Below are positions 41,421-54,800 of a stretch of 64,000 bases of DNA, piece by piece (position 1 is the first letter of the stretch; each line of letters starts with the position of its first letter). Source of the stretch: Microbotryum violaceum (Eukaryota); assembly GCA_001244265.2 (NCBI GenBank), contig LN717261.1, positions 868,001 to 932,000 on the forward strand. The letters are read 5' to 3'. The notes under the pieces are model-generated. The model was given only the letters and a program-made list of their open reading frames with translations. It was not told the DNA's origin and ran no database searches. A program made the position numbers and the translations under genes.

Positions 41421-43817
41421 TCAACAAATCAAGTCTCTGAAAACGACCAACGACTGCTCACAAAGAGCCACCACGGAAACGGCAGATCCATTGGGCCGAC
41501 GAATCCCAATCACCCCCAGCAACGCACCATCAGAGGCCTCCCCTATCCTAAGTACCATCTGCTGACTCGTTCTGTCCTTCATATTCGCGGGCGCCCGATA
41601 TGCAAAGAGGTTGCGAGTCGATACTGTTGCACTGGGATCAACAGCTGAAGGTGAGGGGCTGTCGAAGGCGAGAACGGCTTGGTCGCTCACGTGTGTAACA
41701 AAACTCGCATTCGTCTTGGTCGCAAGCACGAACGCCAGAGCGGGGAACGTCGAGTGGTGCGTCCAGGTCGTCGACTTTGCATCTTTACTACTCGGACTCG
41801 GAGGTACGAATAAGGCTCCATCGACATCGTGCTTGATGACAAGCCCTGTCCGACTAAGCAATTCGGTGCGACTGTCGACAGTCGGAGACGATACAGCGAT
41901 GGGCAAGCCGGTGGAGAGGAGGCTGAAGTTGACCGTAGGATGCGGATGGTCGATCTGAGGCGTTGTAGACCACGCAGAGTCAATCCAGCTCACCACAAGA
42001 GGCTTTCCTACTTCACCGTCGACTTCGACGTCCATTTCGTCACCGTTCAGAGTCACTGGGGCGCCGTCTCCGAAGCCTTGGTCTTGGATAATGCCTTTGC
42101 CTCCATGTAATTCAGCAAAATCGCGGTGCCATTGCTCCATTCCATCCACGATGCCTGCAAGTTCCGATGCGTCCAGCGTTTCAGGCACATTCTCGAGCCA
42201 CAGTTGGTACCTGGCTTCGCGGGTGCCGTCATCTCCGCAATTGTCGTCATCCTGCATCTCGACAATGCGGGTTTCAGCGGCGTCAGAAAAAGTCTCTCGG
42301 GGCCGCGCCCCCTGCGCGGCCGGAAGAGTGGGTGCAAAGACATCGGACCATCGTGTTCCGGGATGAGCCTTCTCGAGATGCATACTCAAGATGCCGTACG
42401 TCGAATCTCGGCCCTCGGCTTCGCGATCAAAGGTCCAAACGCTGGTATGAGGATCGATCAGATCCCATAGCTTTTTGTGAGAGATGCGTAGGAGTGTGCC
42501 ATCGGGAGCGTTGAGCGGCCAGCGTAGGGATGCTCGGGCACTTGTTATGAAGAGGGTGATGTACTGCCTGGAGAACGTTATCTTTATACTCGAAGTCAGG
42601 ACGTCCGACGGAATCGCAAAAGCGACGGTGACGGAATCCGAATCTTGTGTCCACGAAAACGGCTGGGGCAAAACGTGGCACGCGTCCTTGTTCCTCGAAA
42701 TTTCACTACTTCGGTGCGGACCCTCCCTCTGGTCGTTTTCGGCGACGTTCATTTCCGTAGAGCCCCGTTCAGTTCCTGTTTGCTCTGACACCAAAGGGGA
42801 TGGCTGGATCGGCGCGGTGGAGCCGATGCAATATCGCTGGAGGGCCGGTTCGAAATGCACGAAGTGCGGCAGGTCATCCCCAGTGGCTCGCCAAAGCACC
42901 GTGAGAGGCACTGGATCGCTTATTCCGGTCGTCTCGGTGCTGTCCAGGCGCACACAAATGTATTTGAAGATCGTAGTGGAAGCCAGTCGAACTCGGGTCC
43001 CTGGCGCCGGCGCAAACCCGGTGTTGGGGTTGTGGCTTGCACCGGCCGAGCTTGGAGGCCCAGTAGTCCTCGTAGACTTGATGGCCACAGATAGCAATGC
43101 AAAGATTGAGCTCGAGGATGTATCCTCGTTTGCAGCGTGCAATTGGAACGGCGTAGCACGATCGACATCGAGTTGCTCCTCGAGCCGCAACTCATAGGTC
43201 GCCTCGATCGTGCCTTTCCAGTTGAGGGCGTTCTTCTCGACCGCAATTGAGGACAAGCGACCATCCCCGCTCGATACGACCCAACGACGAGGTGCTATTG
43301 CCACGCCTGCGGCATATTCCAACTCATCCCGAGTGTAGGTCAAGCTTGCTGTGGGTGAGGCGAGCGTGAGCAGGTGATGGAACTTGGGCCCGTGTTCTAC
43401 AGCCTGCATCCGGCATCGGCAAGCGAAACAAGAACCTAATCAGATCAAGGGTATTATGAAGTAACAACAGCATTCAGGGGGCGATACAGCATGAGAGTGG
43501 CGAGCTCCCCCCGTTTGAGGACAACTCACCTGACCGAACTCGATCGCTAGCACACGGCCCGCAGCGTCGATATAGACTGCATCGCCGTCCAGTCCAGGGT
43601 AGAGGTGACTGTGTCGTGCCCGATACTGAACTTGGTGGTACGATAGTCGAGTGTGGTCCGCAAGGGTCCGAACCCCAAGGCCCGGTTCTGGCAATGCGAA
43701 GGACAAAGAGCTCGAGCCGGCAGGCGGTGACGTCAACTTGTACGACTCGAATTTGGGGTTTAACAGTTCCCTTCGCGTCGAGAACGAGAGCGAGTCATTC
43801 TCGTATGTCGAGCGCAT
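41421..43817 (-). CDS. NUDCD1: NudC domain-containing protein 1 homolog, two exons (43817-43530, 43403-41421)
   Basis: LLNPKFESYKL at the N-terminus, CS/p23 domain PFSWTQDSDSVTVAF, HHSTFPALAFVLATK; GTGAGT...CAG intron at 43529-43404. Confidence 0.85.
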
Positions 43818-46800
43818 ACGCGTAGACTATGCTGCAGATGCACAAGGTCGAGTGAGGCAAGAGCGGAAGAGCGCAGGAGGGCACGAGGCGCGCGGGCAAC
43901 TTGAGGGCAGCCGGCATAGGAATTTACTGGAACTCACAGATCGGCAGGTCCATTAAGCCAGCCAAAAAAACTCGTGCGCGCACGCGCGATAAGGCAGCTT
44001 TTCTGTTTTTTGGCCCGGGTAGAGCTTGGTAGAGGGATGGTGTACCATTGCTCCCCCCTCCTCGCACACTCTTGCGCGGTGCACCTCTCTGGGCGTCCCA
44101 CGAGCCGTGAAGCGAAGCTTATTAGCTAATTGGTATTAGAGTTATCCCTATAGATAATACCAATCTTCTCATACCAATGTTCCCAAGAGTCGAATTCGGA
44201 ACCGAAATGCGATATAGCTGTTGTACCCGCGCCTGCTGACGAGATGGATACAACTAATGCACAGGTAAGACAGCTGCTGTATTGACCTTCTGCCCCCGGG
44301 TCTTAAGGGTAATAATGGTGGGACCAAAAAGCTGACTGGTCAATTGCTGTGAAGTGTATTAGATATATATAAAATGTGGCTCACGGTTTCCCTCCCGCAC
44401 TTTGAAGCTTTGATCTTGGCCCAAGCACGTGCACATCGACGCGTCGACGCACACTGGGTGACTAAATGCTCCTCAAATTGAGTCGGACCAGGTTCATGAG
44501 TGGTCCCACTTCTTGTTTCATGTTCCTGTTCTTGTTCTTTTGCAATGATCGACTGGGAGCGATCTTACACCTTGTCCAAACACGACCTCATCGCTGTCTC
44601 TCGCGCCTCGCATCTTAACCAATGATCATTTTGTGATTGTTCCGCATCTCGATAGTTGACACAAAGCACACAAGGGGACCACACCGGTGAAATTTCCGGT
44701 AGGAAGTCTCAGAATTTGGGTGTGTAGCTCATCATTCTCTCATCACCTGATTGTGTCCTACTCTCTGGAGTGCGACTTGACTTCTGACAAATCGCACTTT
44801 TCACAATGCATGCATGACCAGGGACTTCTCGCTTGACCCTCAGCTAGCTCAGCTGCGCACCCAACGCAGCATCGGACAGTGCAGTAGAAGGCTGTGGGCA
44901 AATTGATGGGAAGTGCAATACAGAGGGCGACTGGTAAATCTCAGGTTCTATCTGCCATGTGGAAACCCGATTATTCAAGACGATTTCGATCGCAATGTTG
45001 ACCACCGGTGGATTTTCCCCGCGCCGGGTACCCTGACTCAAAAACCTAGCCACTTTCAGTGCCACTACAGTACGATCTGGTGATGACCCTCGTTCTTACA
45101 AAGATGATTTCAAGCAAAAAAGCCCGAGGAGACCGATTGAGATATCACCAGAACTGTCATCTGCAAAGGCTGCGTTGGTCGACAGTAGAAACAGTCTGAG
45201 GTCAGCAATAGCTCGCAGGCCACTCGTGCACTCTGATGCGAGGAGGAATGGTGGAGTACGAAGAACAACATCGTGATCCTGACTCAATGATGTTCGGTCA
45301 GGTGTATGCACCCCACTTTTCCGTCCATAGCTAACTCCGAGCTTCCGCCTTTACGATGTAACAGTAGTACATGTACCGGTGAGAGCACGCAACGGATCGG
45401 GTCACACCGCAGAGAGCACATGAAAGGCGCAGGTGTGATTGGCATCAAAGTCACCTTTTTCTCAGCACCGGGACAGATATCATTGGTATATTGTCAAACT
45501 CATTCCTCGTTATCACACTAGAATGAGTCCAGTCATACACGAACATCCTGTCAGGGGTATTAAGTGCGTTGTCATGTATCTGAAATGTCGAGAATCCGAT
45601 AATGTCGACGCAAACGTACAACTGTCTAAGTGGCTGCGTGGCGTAAAGTGGCCAAGACAACACCATTGAAAAGCACCGAAAAACAGATCGAGTATGGGAC
45701 CAGATTAGCCTTCGTTCGAGTACACAGTAGAGTGTGGGGGTAAATGAAGTCTGATAATTAGCAATGTGATCTCTGCTGAGATCTCAGGAAGTATCAACAA
45801 AGACCTGGCACGGACTTCGGGCAGCTGACTGGCCTGACTGCGCACGCTATAAACACCAAACGCAATGGCGGAAATTTGAAAGCGCACTAACTAAGCGCAG
45901 CCAAGAAGAGTGCCCGCTTATCTTATCGCCAGCAGCAGAGAGCTTTCCTTCTGGATCTCTAGCTGACCTGTTAGACCTCCCGCTGTTGGCACTACTGCTG
46001 GGCAGTAACCTTTTCAAGCGGGCTAGAGCGCATTTAAGCGGTAGCCAATCCCTGTCAGCGTTGGTTGCCTCTCGGTCATATGGCTGCTACTTTGCATTCC
46101 GTGCACTTCCGGGAGAAGGGCAATATTGTATGACATGAAGAGACACTAGTCAATGAAAAGGCAAAAGCACGCAAGCGCTCGCATCATCTGTTTGGATTGA
46201 GGCTTTTGGAACAAGAGCCTTCGATTCCAGACAGCCATTAAAAATTTCCCAAGTTTCGTCATCACTGCCATCATCTTCCGCATTGAACTCCCACTCCTCA
46301 AGCACAAATGCACCGTTGTCTGTGGCGTCGATAGAGTAATGACTCAAATCGTCGCTCAAATGATCACTCATGTCAAAGTCAACTCCTTTGTTCGTGTTGT
46401 CGTCCGTCTCATCAATTGTGTCACCAGGGCTGTGTAAGGCTCGGTTGCCTTACGCTATTTAACTACCCTTCTGATTTCAATATGCATCTATTGAAATCGT
46501 CAGTCTTTTGGACCGTGTAACCTAGTCGTGAAGGGCCTGGGGTATTACAGGCTGCGGGCAAACGAAGTCAAATCCGGCAGGCCATCCGCTGTCGTTTGCT
46601 CAGCGTCGTCGGTACCCCAAAGCCCAAGCGCCACGCACCCCTCCACCTGTTGTTCGCCCGTGTCATGGGTGCACTGCCACAGGTAGTAACCAAGCCCGGG
46701 ATCGATGGCTCCAATGGAAGGGGCTCCGAGTCGGTCGACGTGTTGGACGCGGCCTCGTTGGGTTGCCGTAAATACTGTGGTACTCGGGATCCGGTTGCAT

Positions 46801-47994
46801 CCGCTATTTCAGTCTCTCAGCTAATAGAAGTCATAGCGGCAGTAAGTTCTGGACTCGGGCGTCTCGACGTCGAGTCATTCCTGGCGGCCACGAGAGGAGG
46901 GAGGCTAAAGCTGGCTTACGGGAGGGAGAGGAAGAGGATGTGATTTCGAGGGGCCTTCACTTTTGCGCCGCAAAGACTCGGAAAATGACGAGCATTGGTG
47001 GGATCGGTAAGGCAGCATTTGGAAGGAAGACCGAGCCCGATATGCGGAGGAAGCGGTGAAGGGGAATGAACAGAAAGCAGCGGTTTGAACTGCCGGGACT
47101 TTTGAGGGGAGTTTTCTTCTTGTTTTCAGAAAAACTTCCAGGATCCAATACAAATTTTTATTGTCTCTCACTTTTTGCGTGTTTCAAGTCTCGTTTGGCA
47201 TTGTCTCCAGCCTCCGACCTCAGCGTTTTGTTCTCGAACTCGGTCTCGCTTCTCGATTCAACCCCCACTGCAGTCTCTCGTGTCTCTCGCCTTGGCGTCT
47301 TAAAAGCTATTAGTCATACCTTAGCCTTTTATTGTCATATCATATTTGATCGCTATACCATAATGCGAGCAGCGTAGCTGGAGGATTTTACAGATGCCTC
47401 GCTCTTTGGGGACAAGACTGGCTCCTTTTTTCGTTCTCGCACGGGCCATGACCTCATGGCATCTTGTTCTTTTTCTTTTTCTTCTTCGCCCCATCCTCTG
47501 GCCCCGTGGTCGCCCCGCTCTCGATGATCGCGTAAGCCGCCTTCTTCTTCCTCCGCCTCGTGAATTTCTTACGCTTGGTCTTGGTGTCTTTTTCCTTGTC
47601 TTTCTCTACTAGGGACGCTGGATTTGCTTGTGGTAGTGGCGATGTGTGTCACAGGGAGCCCATGCTTGAAGCGATGCCGATGAGTGCAAGGCGGTGGGGG
47701 AGGTGTAAGGCCCGTGCGCCTGGGCCTTAGGAAGAGGGGACGCGCGCCTGTGTAATACTCTGTAGTTACTCAAAGGCCCGATGCGCGTCTGGCCTTAGGC
47801 ATTGCCGGAAAGTAGGGCCTCTCTTCCTTTCCGACCAGTTTATTCTTTGGAATACATACTTGTATCCTGTCACCTGCAAGGCCCGACGCTGGGGCCTTAC
47901 ATTTTGTTTTTGACATCCGATATAAGAATTCGCCAAGAACACTCCGTCACCGCTTCAAACCGGCTCGACGTACACACAACGCAGGTCGTTTGCC

Positions 47995-48243
47995 GCACAC
48001 CCCGCACGACACTTGTCGTTTGTCATACAGAGCCGTCTCTGTTCGCCGTCCACATCACACGTCGCAAGACGTTCGCCACACCCCCGCACGACTCGCGTCG
48101 TTTGTCATACAGAGCCGTCTCTGTTCGCCGTCCACATCACACGTCGCAAGACGTTCGCCACACCCCCGCACGACTCGCGTCGTTTGTCATACAGAGCCGT
48201 CTCTGTTCGCCGTCCACATCATACGTCGCAAGACGTTCGCCGC
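47995..48243 (+). repeat. Three 82-bp tandem repeats in the leader of the gag-only element
   Basis: TGTCATACAG recurs at 48021, 48103 and 48185. Confidence 0.92.
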
Positions 48244-48562
48244 ATTGCTTACACGACTTGGTCGTTCGCCGTCACACACAACTGCTGAGGTTGTTCGCCG
48301 TTTACGCGACCGTCGTCGCTCGTCCGGCCTTTTTCTTTTCACTTCGCACGCGACCGCCACCGTTGCTCGCCGAACGCGCCCCTCCGTCGCTCGCCCGCAC
48401 GGTTTCGTTTCTTTTTTTGCTTCGCACGCAATCGCCGCCACCCGCCCGCGCCCATCCGTCGCCGACGCCCCGCTTTCCAATCTGGCCCCACAAACCAGAA
48501 ACAGCAAGGATCAGGGACCCCCACCGAACAAGGACGCTCCGCCGCATCTCGTACCAAAGTCG

Positions 48563-49489
48563 ATGCCGAAGATGTCGGACCGAGCGCCTACACGACTCCA
48601 CATGCCAGAGCTCAAGGCACCGTTTACGGCGGAGGACGTCATCCTCTGGCTAGGCGACTGCGAGGACGCAATCGAGGCATTTGGGGATCTCAAGCGTTCC
48701 GATGAGACGTTGACGGTCGTTCGACAAATCAGGGAAGCTGGCATGAAAATGCAGGGCGAAGGGAAAATTTGGTGGAATCAGCACAGGGATGAACTGAAGG
48801 CATTGACGACATGGGATGCCTTTGCGGCTGAGGTGAGGGAACGGTTCCTGGACTCGGGCTTTGTGCTCACCGCCGAGCACGACTTCTACCGTACGCGACA
48901 AGGGTCGGATTCTTTCACTACGTACGCTGCGAAGCTAGCGAGTCGGCGCGCAACCTTGGGTATTGGCAAGGACGGGGGAAAGTTCATCAATGACGACCAA
49001 TTCAAACGACACTTGCTACATCACGCCAACGACCTACTGTATGCGCGTACCACCTCAACTGCCGGCTTTACACTCTCAACATTCACAGTGAACTCGCTCA
49101 TTGGACACATGACGGCGGTCGCTTCCTCGCTGGGACTCGAGTGGAAAGGTCAAGTGTCCGTCACCAACTCCCGTATCACTCGCTCGCCACGGGATCTCAA
49201 ATCAAACATGGCAAGGCACACACCATTGACAGCTGAGGTCCGACAACAGTGCATTGATGAGGGTCGCGGCTTCAACTGCCGGGAAATGGGGCATAATATT
49301 TGCAAGTGCCCAAAGACGACAGGCGGGACAATTGGGGACCACCCGGATCAACTCAACTTCATGGGCAACCAGGCATACCGTCAACCATGGGGTTCCGACT
49401 CAAGTGACTCGGAATTGGACAAGGCGTTTGAGAATGAATGGCTGGGAGGATCTGAGAAAGAAGAGGAGGATGAAGAAGAGAAGAAGTAG
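48563..49489 (+). CDS. Retrotransposon Gag (capsid-like region, degenerate zinc knuckle, acidic tail)
   Basis: GKIWW..LTTWDAFAAEVRERF..RQGSDSFTTYAAKL; GFNCREMGHNICKC. Confidence 0.85.
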   Translation: MPKMSDRAPTRLHMPELKAPFTAEDVILWLGDCEDAIEAFGDLKRSDETLTVVRQIREAGMKMQGEGKIWWNQHRDELKALTTWDAFAAEVRERFLDSGFVLTAEHDFYRTRQGSDSFTTYAAKLASRRATLGIGKDGGKFINDDQFKRHLLHHANDLLYARTTSTAGFTLSTFTVNSLIGHMTAVASSLGLEWKGQVSVTNSRITRSPRDLKSNMARHTPLTAEVRQQCIDEGRGFNCREMGHNICKCPKTTGGTIGDHPDQLNFMGNQAYRQPWGSDSSDSELDKAFENEWLGGSEKEEEDEEEKK

Positions 49490-50671
49490 ATAAGGGAGGC
49501 AGGGTTTGGTTCAGGTGGTGGAGAGTGTAATACTCTGTAGTTACTCAAAGGCCCGATGCGCGTCTGGCCTTAGGCATTGCCGGAAAGTAGGGCCTCTCTT
49601 CCTTTCCGACCAGTTTATTCTTTGGAATACATACTCGTATCCTGTCACCTGCAAGGCCCGACGCTGGGGCCTTACAGCCTGGGCACTCTTAGTCTCTCTC
49701 CAGCGACTGATACGAGTGTCCAGGTGAGCACAAGGTGGATCAGAAGGCATTGTCATACCAGCGACTGATACGAGTGTCCAGTGTCAATTCTACATACTTT
49801 GGTCCTGTGATCCTTGTCGTCGTCGCTCAGGTGTACACTCCAACGGGGTGTATTACAGGAGGGTTGAAGCTTGAAGGTGGGGGTGCCAGTGCCATGTGTT
49901 GAGGCAAAGGGCTGAGTAGTGTAGGCAAGTTAGCAACACTACTTAGCCGCTATTCTGCCTCCGGGCGCGGGCCGTGAGAGGGGGGGATGGTATACCATGC
50001 CTGTACCAACGTTTTCCTGGGCCAAATTTCAAAAAAGCTGCCTTAACGCGTTGCGCGCGACCTAGTTTTTTTGGCAAAATTAATTTGACCCGCATAGGTG
50101 GGAACTCATAGGAAAGTCATGTGAACTATGTAATAGGAACTCGAGAGGGCAACCAATGCCGACAGCGGTTCCGACTCGAAGAACTACCAAATCAGGGTTC
50201 CCATCAGGACAACTTCGACTTGCAAGTAGTTTTGACGTTCGAATTATACACCTGGGATCTAGTCTGTCCTGTAGCCAAAAAGAAGTCGAGTAGCAGAAAA
50301 CATAACGGGTACTATGTAGGTCGGGGAGTTGGCCCGGAAGTGGTTGGCAGGCTGATGCACCAGCAAATGGCCACGCGCGCAAACCCGCTTAAGGATCCGC
50401 CCAAGATTACATGCGCTTAACAGCGCTTAACGGTGCATAAGATGTGAATAAGGACGCATACACGCATAAGAGGGCTTACGGACCGCTTTGCGTATGCAAA
50501 AAAAGCGCGCGAGGAGTCTTAAGCGCGCCGCAAGCGCGCCGTATGCGCGCGCCGTAAGTGCGCCGTACACATGCGCGCGCGAAAATTATGGAGGGCATAA
50601 GGCAGCTTTTGTCCTATGAGGCCCGTAGGGCAAGTTTTGGGATTCCATAAGGCATTTTGTAATGCCTCGAT

Positions 50672-51106
50672 TGTGAAATCAAATATCTCCTTCATGTCCT
50701 TCTTGTATCTTGTACCTACCTCAACATCCTCCTCTCTTTGTTTTGATCACTTTTGGCCTACTTTTCACCACCTTAGCTCTCCCACTCTGGGCCTGGTCTC
50801 TGCACCTGGGCCAGGTCCGTGCGCCTGACTTTGGCTGGGCTGACTTGGGCCCAGCCAAATGGCCCCACTCTGGTTTCTCTCCTGCTCAAGCAACTTCTTG
50901 GTCTGGTCTCCCTTGGTCCTTCGATCAGAGACTTACCACCGCTTGAGCAGGTGAGCACTACTCTTCCTATCATCTTTCACCCCTCTAGATGTGGTAACTT
51001 ACTGTAGTGCTTGAGCAGGTGTGTAACAAGCAACTTCTTGGTCTGGTCTCCCTTGGTCCTTCGATCAGAGACTTACCACCGCTTGAGCAGGCGTGACAAC
51101 ATCACA
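50672..51106. repeat. Solo LTR, 435 bp (TGTGA...TCACA), TCGAT TSD, 65-bp internal duplication
   Basis: TCGAT at 50667-50671 and 51107-51111; the empty site is visible in the inverted copy at ~58379. Confidence 0.92.
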
Positions 51107-53014
51107 TCGATAAGAATGAGATCCCTAAGGCCTCCGTAGGTCGGTAGGGACGAGGCCGCTTTTCGTCACGACCAACTGCAGGTGACGAAGCCTGTATGAG
51201 ACAATCGTGCTCTGGTACCGAAGTGAAGGTCACGTACTGCAAAAGACTCCACTGAGGCCAATTGCTTGTAAAAGAAGGGGGTAGCCACAAAGATGTTTAC
51301 CACGGGGGGAAGTCGGCTCTGCCAATGGTTGTGAAATACGTCTCGTCAGTTGAATCTATGCTTCGCGTCCTTGCGCGTGGAAATCACACGTACCTAGAGA
51401 TGGTCGATGCTTGGCGTGTTGATGAACATGATCATTGGCTCGAGCATGGCATGTAATGCCTGGAGGTCGCGTCGTATCTGGCCAAGCTGATCTTCACGGC
51501 TCTTGGCATCGGGTTCTTTGGTCGAGGACTGTAAGATTGGCAGGCCAACGACGGTCGATGCCAGAGAGCAGTGGGTCATGACTCTTGTCAGTGGCGCGAA
51601 GCGTGGCGGATGATCGCATCGGTCACAGCTCACCTTGCGAGAGTTATCGATATACGCTTGTGCGCCTTTCAACTGGCAAATACAGACCTGCAGGAGACGC
51701 AATGGCAATCAGCAAGGTGCGGATTCATCTCAAGGCACAAGCGCACCTTGAACGTGTCGTCGGGTTCTACGTCCAAGCAGACGACCTTCGTCTTAGTTTA
51801 GACCAATCTTCACCTAAGGCCGTCTCGGATGGTACGTTGCCATCCATATCACTGCCGTCCCCGTCACCAAAAGCTCCAGGGCTCTGTGCGGGTTTACACT
51901 TTGTCAGTGTCGTCTTACTGCTAGACTAGAGGAAAGCCAGGCCGGGCTCGGACGTACGTCGGATTCCGAGCTTAGATTCAAGCGAGAGGAAGATGAGTCG
52001 GGCTTGGTAACGACCTTCTGCACGTCCAGGCGTTCCCGATTGGCGGGAGATTTGGCGTGGGAGATTTGGCTTTTAGACGAGTATCTGCGATCGACCTTAC
52101 CTCTGGTTCTGTATTGACCTCATCGACCTCATCGGCAACTTCTCATGCACGTTTGCGCTTGGTTCCGGTTTCTGAGGAAGCCTGTTTGCGCTGCACCTTG
52201 AATAAACGACAGGACGTCAGCCGAGACTAAACCAGATCACAAAGTCGCATTCTCAGCTTGTGCGACATACCACCGAGTCCTCGAGGTTGAGGCCATGCGA
52301 TGCTTCGGGTTCGAGGTGCGTGGAGGCTGCGTGGCGAGCGGATGGGCCGACATCGGCGACATGGCTCTTTCCATCAGAAATCGGCTCAAACAGAAGTGAG
52401 GCACTGGTTTTCGCGGTAGTGGTGCCAACCGTCAAGGTCTTCGTGTGAGGGGTGGGGACGCCAAGTGGCGGCGTGATGATGGTGGGTCGACATAGTGGTA
52501 GTGTCGTCCGCAGGCTCATCTTGGGACTTCTTGGCTAGGTCTTCGTTGGTCACGTCTTTTAGTGAATTACGCGTGGTCTTGGGAGCTGCCACCTTCTGTT
52601 GCGTCGTTTGGGGTCGTCGAGCAGGCGCACGCTGGAGTGGACGTGTTGGTCAGCCGGTGTTGGCCCAAGCCGAGTGGAGGTCGCCAAAAAAGGTCGAATC
52701 GAGCACGTGGGGTATGATCTTGAAGCACAGGGGTGAAAAGGACCTACCATGATGTCGGAGGCAGCGCCTCTAGCGCGAAGACGCCTGTGGGTAATCAGAA
52801 GTGGGAGCTACGACATCAAAGGCGAATCAGCAGAAATCACGCGGTCACGCTCGTAGCCGCGTGTGCGACCCGGGCAAAAAATTTAGCGCAAGGCCTGATG
52901 TCATCCCGCCGGCCGCAGGATGCCGGGTTCAGCCAAAACCTGCAACTTGACTGGCTTCACCGGCTAACTTGACTCCGCTTGCGCGCTCTATGAAGGAGTC
53001 GACAGGCTCTAGTA

Positions 53015-53509
53015 CTACATGTCGATAGCGCGGCAAAATTGACGGATTCGCGATAGAGCGGCGTGCGTTGGATCAAACGCCTTCTCGTGTACGAGTTTGT
53101 GTTCGACGACATTCACAATGGCAGGACCGCACGAGAAGGTATCTTGTTGTTGAGGTGCCCTTGTCGTCGTACCGTGACTCACATCGATGATGAGATTAAG
53201 TACTTTGAAAAGTGCCTCCAGAGCGTTAAGAGCGGCGACCGTGAGCTTCCTTGAGGCAAGTGAATTGTGTATGGACCAGGCTCCATGTTTCACATTGATC
53301 CTTCCCAGGAACCAGTGATTCTCGTCACAGATGGGCAAAAACCAGACCGAGTTGGGGTGTGCCCTGATGAACTGGGCGGTGCTCGCAATCCCGACACAGT
53401 CGTGCCTTGCCCAGTCGGCTAAGCCACAATTCGAACTGATATTGTCCAAGCAAACCTTGAACATCAGATGAGTAAGAGTGGGCGTGAGAAGAGTGAACTT
53501 ACTGAGCAA
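53015..53509 (-). pseudogene. Ulp1/C48-like cysteine protease fragment
   Basis: FLPICDENHW..IHNSL (D>N)..PQQQDTFSCG. Confidence 0.8.
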
Positions 53510-53759
53510 TTTAGTTCACAAGTCACTTATGCCCCAGCTGAGCTCGTTGCCCACTGGCCCGCACGGTAACTCGTGCCACAGCAGGTTTAAAAGTGCTTCT
53601 TTAGCCTTGCTGATGTAAACTCGTCAACTACGCACTTCTTTTCGACCATATTCATCCACTCGAGCGCGTCTTTGATTCTCCTCGCTTCGCACGAGAGGGG
53701 TCAATGCAGGCGTTGCAAAATGCTGTGCAGATTTGTTCATTCCCGGAAACGATTCAGTC

Positions 53760-54800
53760 AAAGGCATTCGACCATTGACACGGAATCGCAGGGAACTACC
53801 GCAGCGATGTATTCGCGAGGCGACACCACGTGAAGGGAGCGTCCGTGAGTCGTCCTCGTATACTGGCGGGGCTTGAAGAGCGGAATCTCTTTTTCCAAGT
53901 TGGCCAGAATTTTTTTGACGGAAGACGCCGCAGGAGGACCCTGCACACCGAAGGCCTTGGCGAATGCAAGCATGTCGTCCAGCTCTTGCACGCCGACCCG
54001 GCGTTTGTGGGATCTGAAAAACACGACGATGATCATCAGCTATGTTCACAAGGGGGTCAGCTCCCGGCCAATCGCGTGATTCCGGAGCAACGAGAGTAGA
54101 TTGGCGCACATTCTGACTGGGGAAGGGATACCAAGGATGCGACGAATTGGGCGCGCTTGTGTAGTTGCGTCCGCATCGTGGGGGTGCTTGTCACCACAGC
54201 TACAGACAATGAGTTGGGAAAAGTTGGGAAGTACTTGCGTTAGTGGGAAATTCACGAGGGGCATTGCATCATTGCTCGTCCCCACTCACTGATGGAGCCC
54301 GCAGTGGCCCAAGTCTGCACCCAGTCATCCGACTCTTCTTCCTTTGCTCCGCCATCGATCTCGACCTCGCTGTCGGACTTGGAGCCAGTGCCCTGGGAAT
54401 AGAGCGAGAAATTGCCTTTTGGAAGGAAGAGGCGTGGTCGAGAACGGAATCCTCGTGATCACTTGGCGGGGACGGACTGGAAGCAGGCACGCTTTCAGAC
54501 GACTTGATGATTTCGCCATCGACAGCAAGCAGAGAGTGGCCTACTGTTCCGGTCTCTGCCAGATTTTGATTGAAACCGACCAAGTCCACCTCATCGCTGC
54601 TCGAGAGCGCCTGAGGCGTGGATTGCAGTAACCGGTTCGTCCAATTGACAGCGGGATCGGCTCGACTGTTGTACGCGTCGAGGTGCTTCTTGGTCGTGGC
54701 GTGTCGAACGGCGCGACAATACCACTGCACATGCGCTCGCCACCACAGTACCGGCACACATAGCCGGCAGAAGCTCGCTGAGAGGACCATTCCAAAACAA
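53760..54800 (-). pseudogene. Probable transposase N-terminus (zinc-finger-like plus EnSpm/Plavaka-like segment), frameshifted
   Basis: YVCRYC...HATTKKH; FFRSHKRRVG..MLAFAKAFGVQGPP. Confidence 0.4.

Larger units (their letters stand above)
47751..49676 (+). mobile_element. Complete 1926-bp gag-only LTR retroelement
   Basis: 151-bp LTRs at 47751-47901 and 49526-49676 differ at one base; GCCTG TSD; purine-rich PPT; no pol. Confidence 0.95.
47704..49857. repeat. Solo LTR family X with GGAGG TSD, split by a nested insertion
   Basis: GGAGG at 47699-47703 and 49858-49862; the two halves sum to 223 bp and match 22712-22934. Confidence 0.93.
43945..50090. mobile_element. Old DNA transposon defined by diverged ~120-bp terminal inverted repeats; interior decayed
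   Basis: 43945-44060 is the reverse complement of 49978-50090 (GCCAAAAAAACT...TAAGGCAGCTTTT...TTGGCCC...ATGGTRTACCAT). Confidence 0.7.

Noticed and set aside
47990-48245. CRISPR-like or protein-repeat array
   Set aside because: The 82-bp units are contiguous with no unique spacers, are not a multiple of 3, and lie in a retroelement leader.
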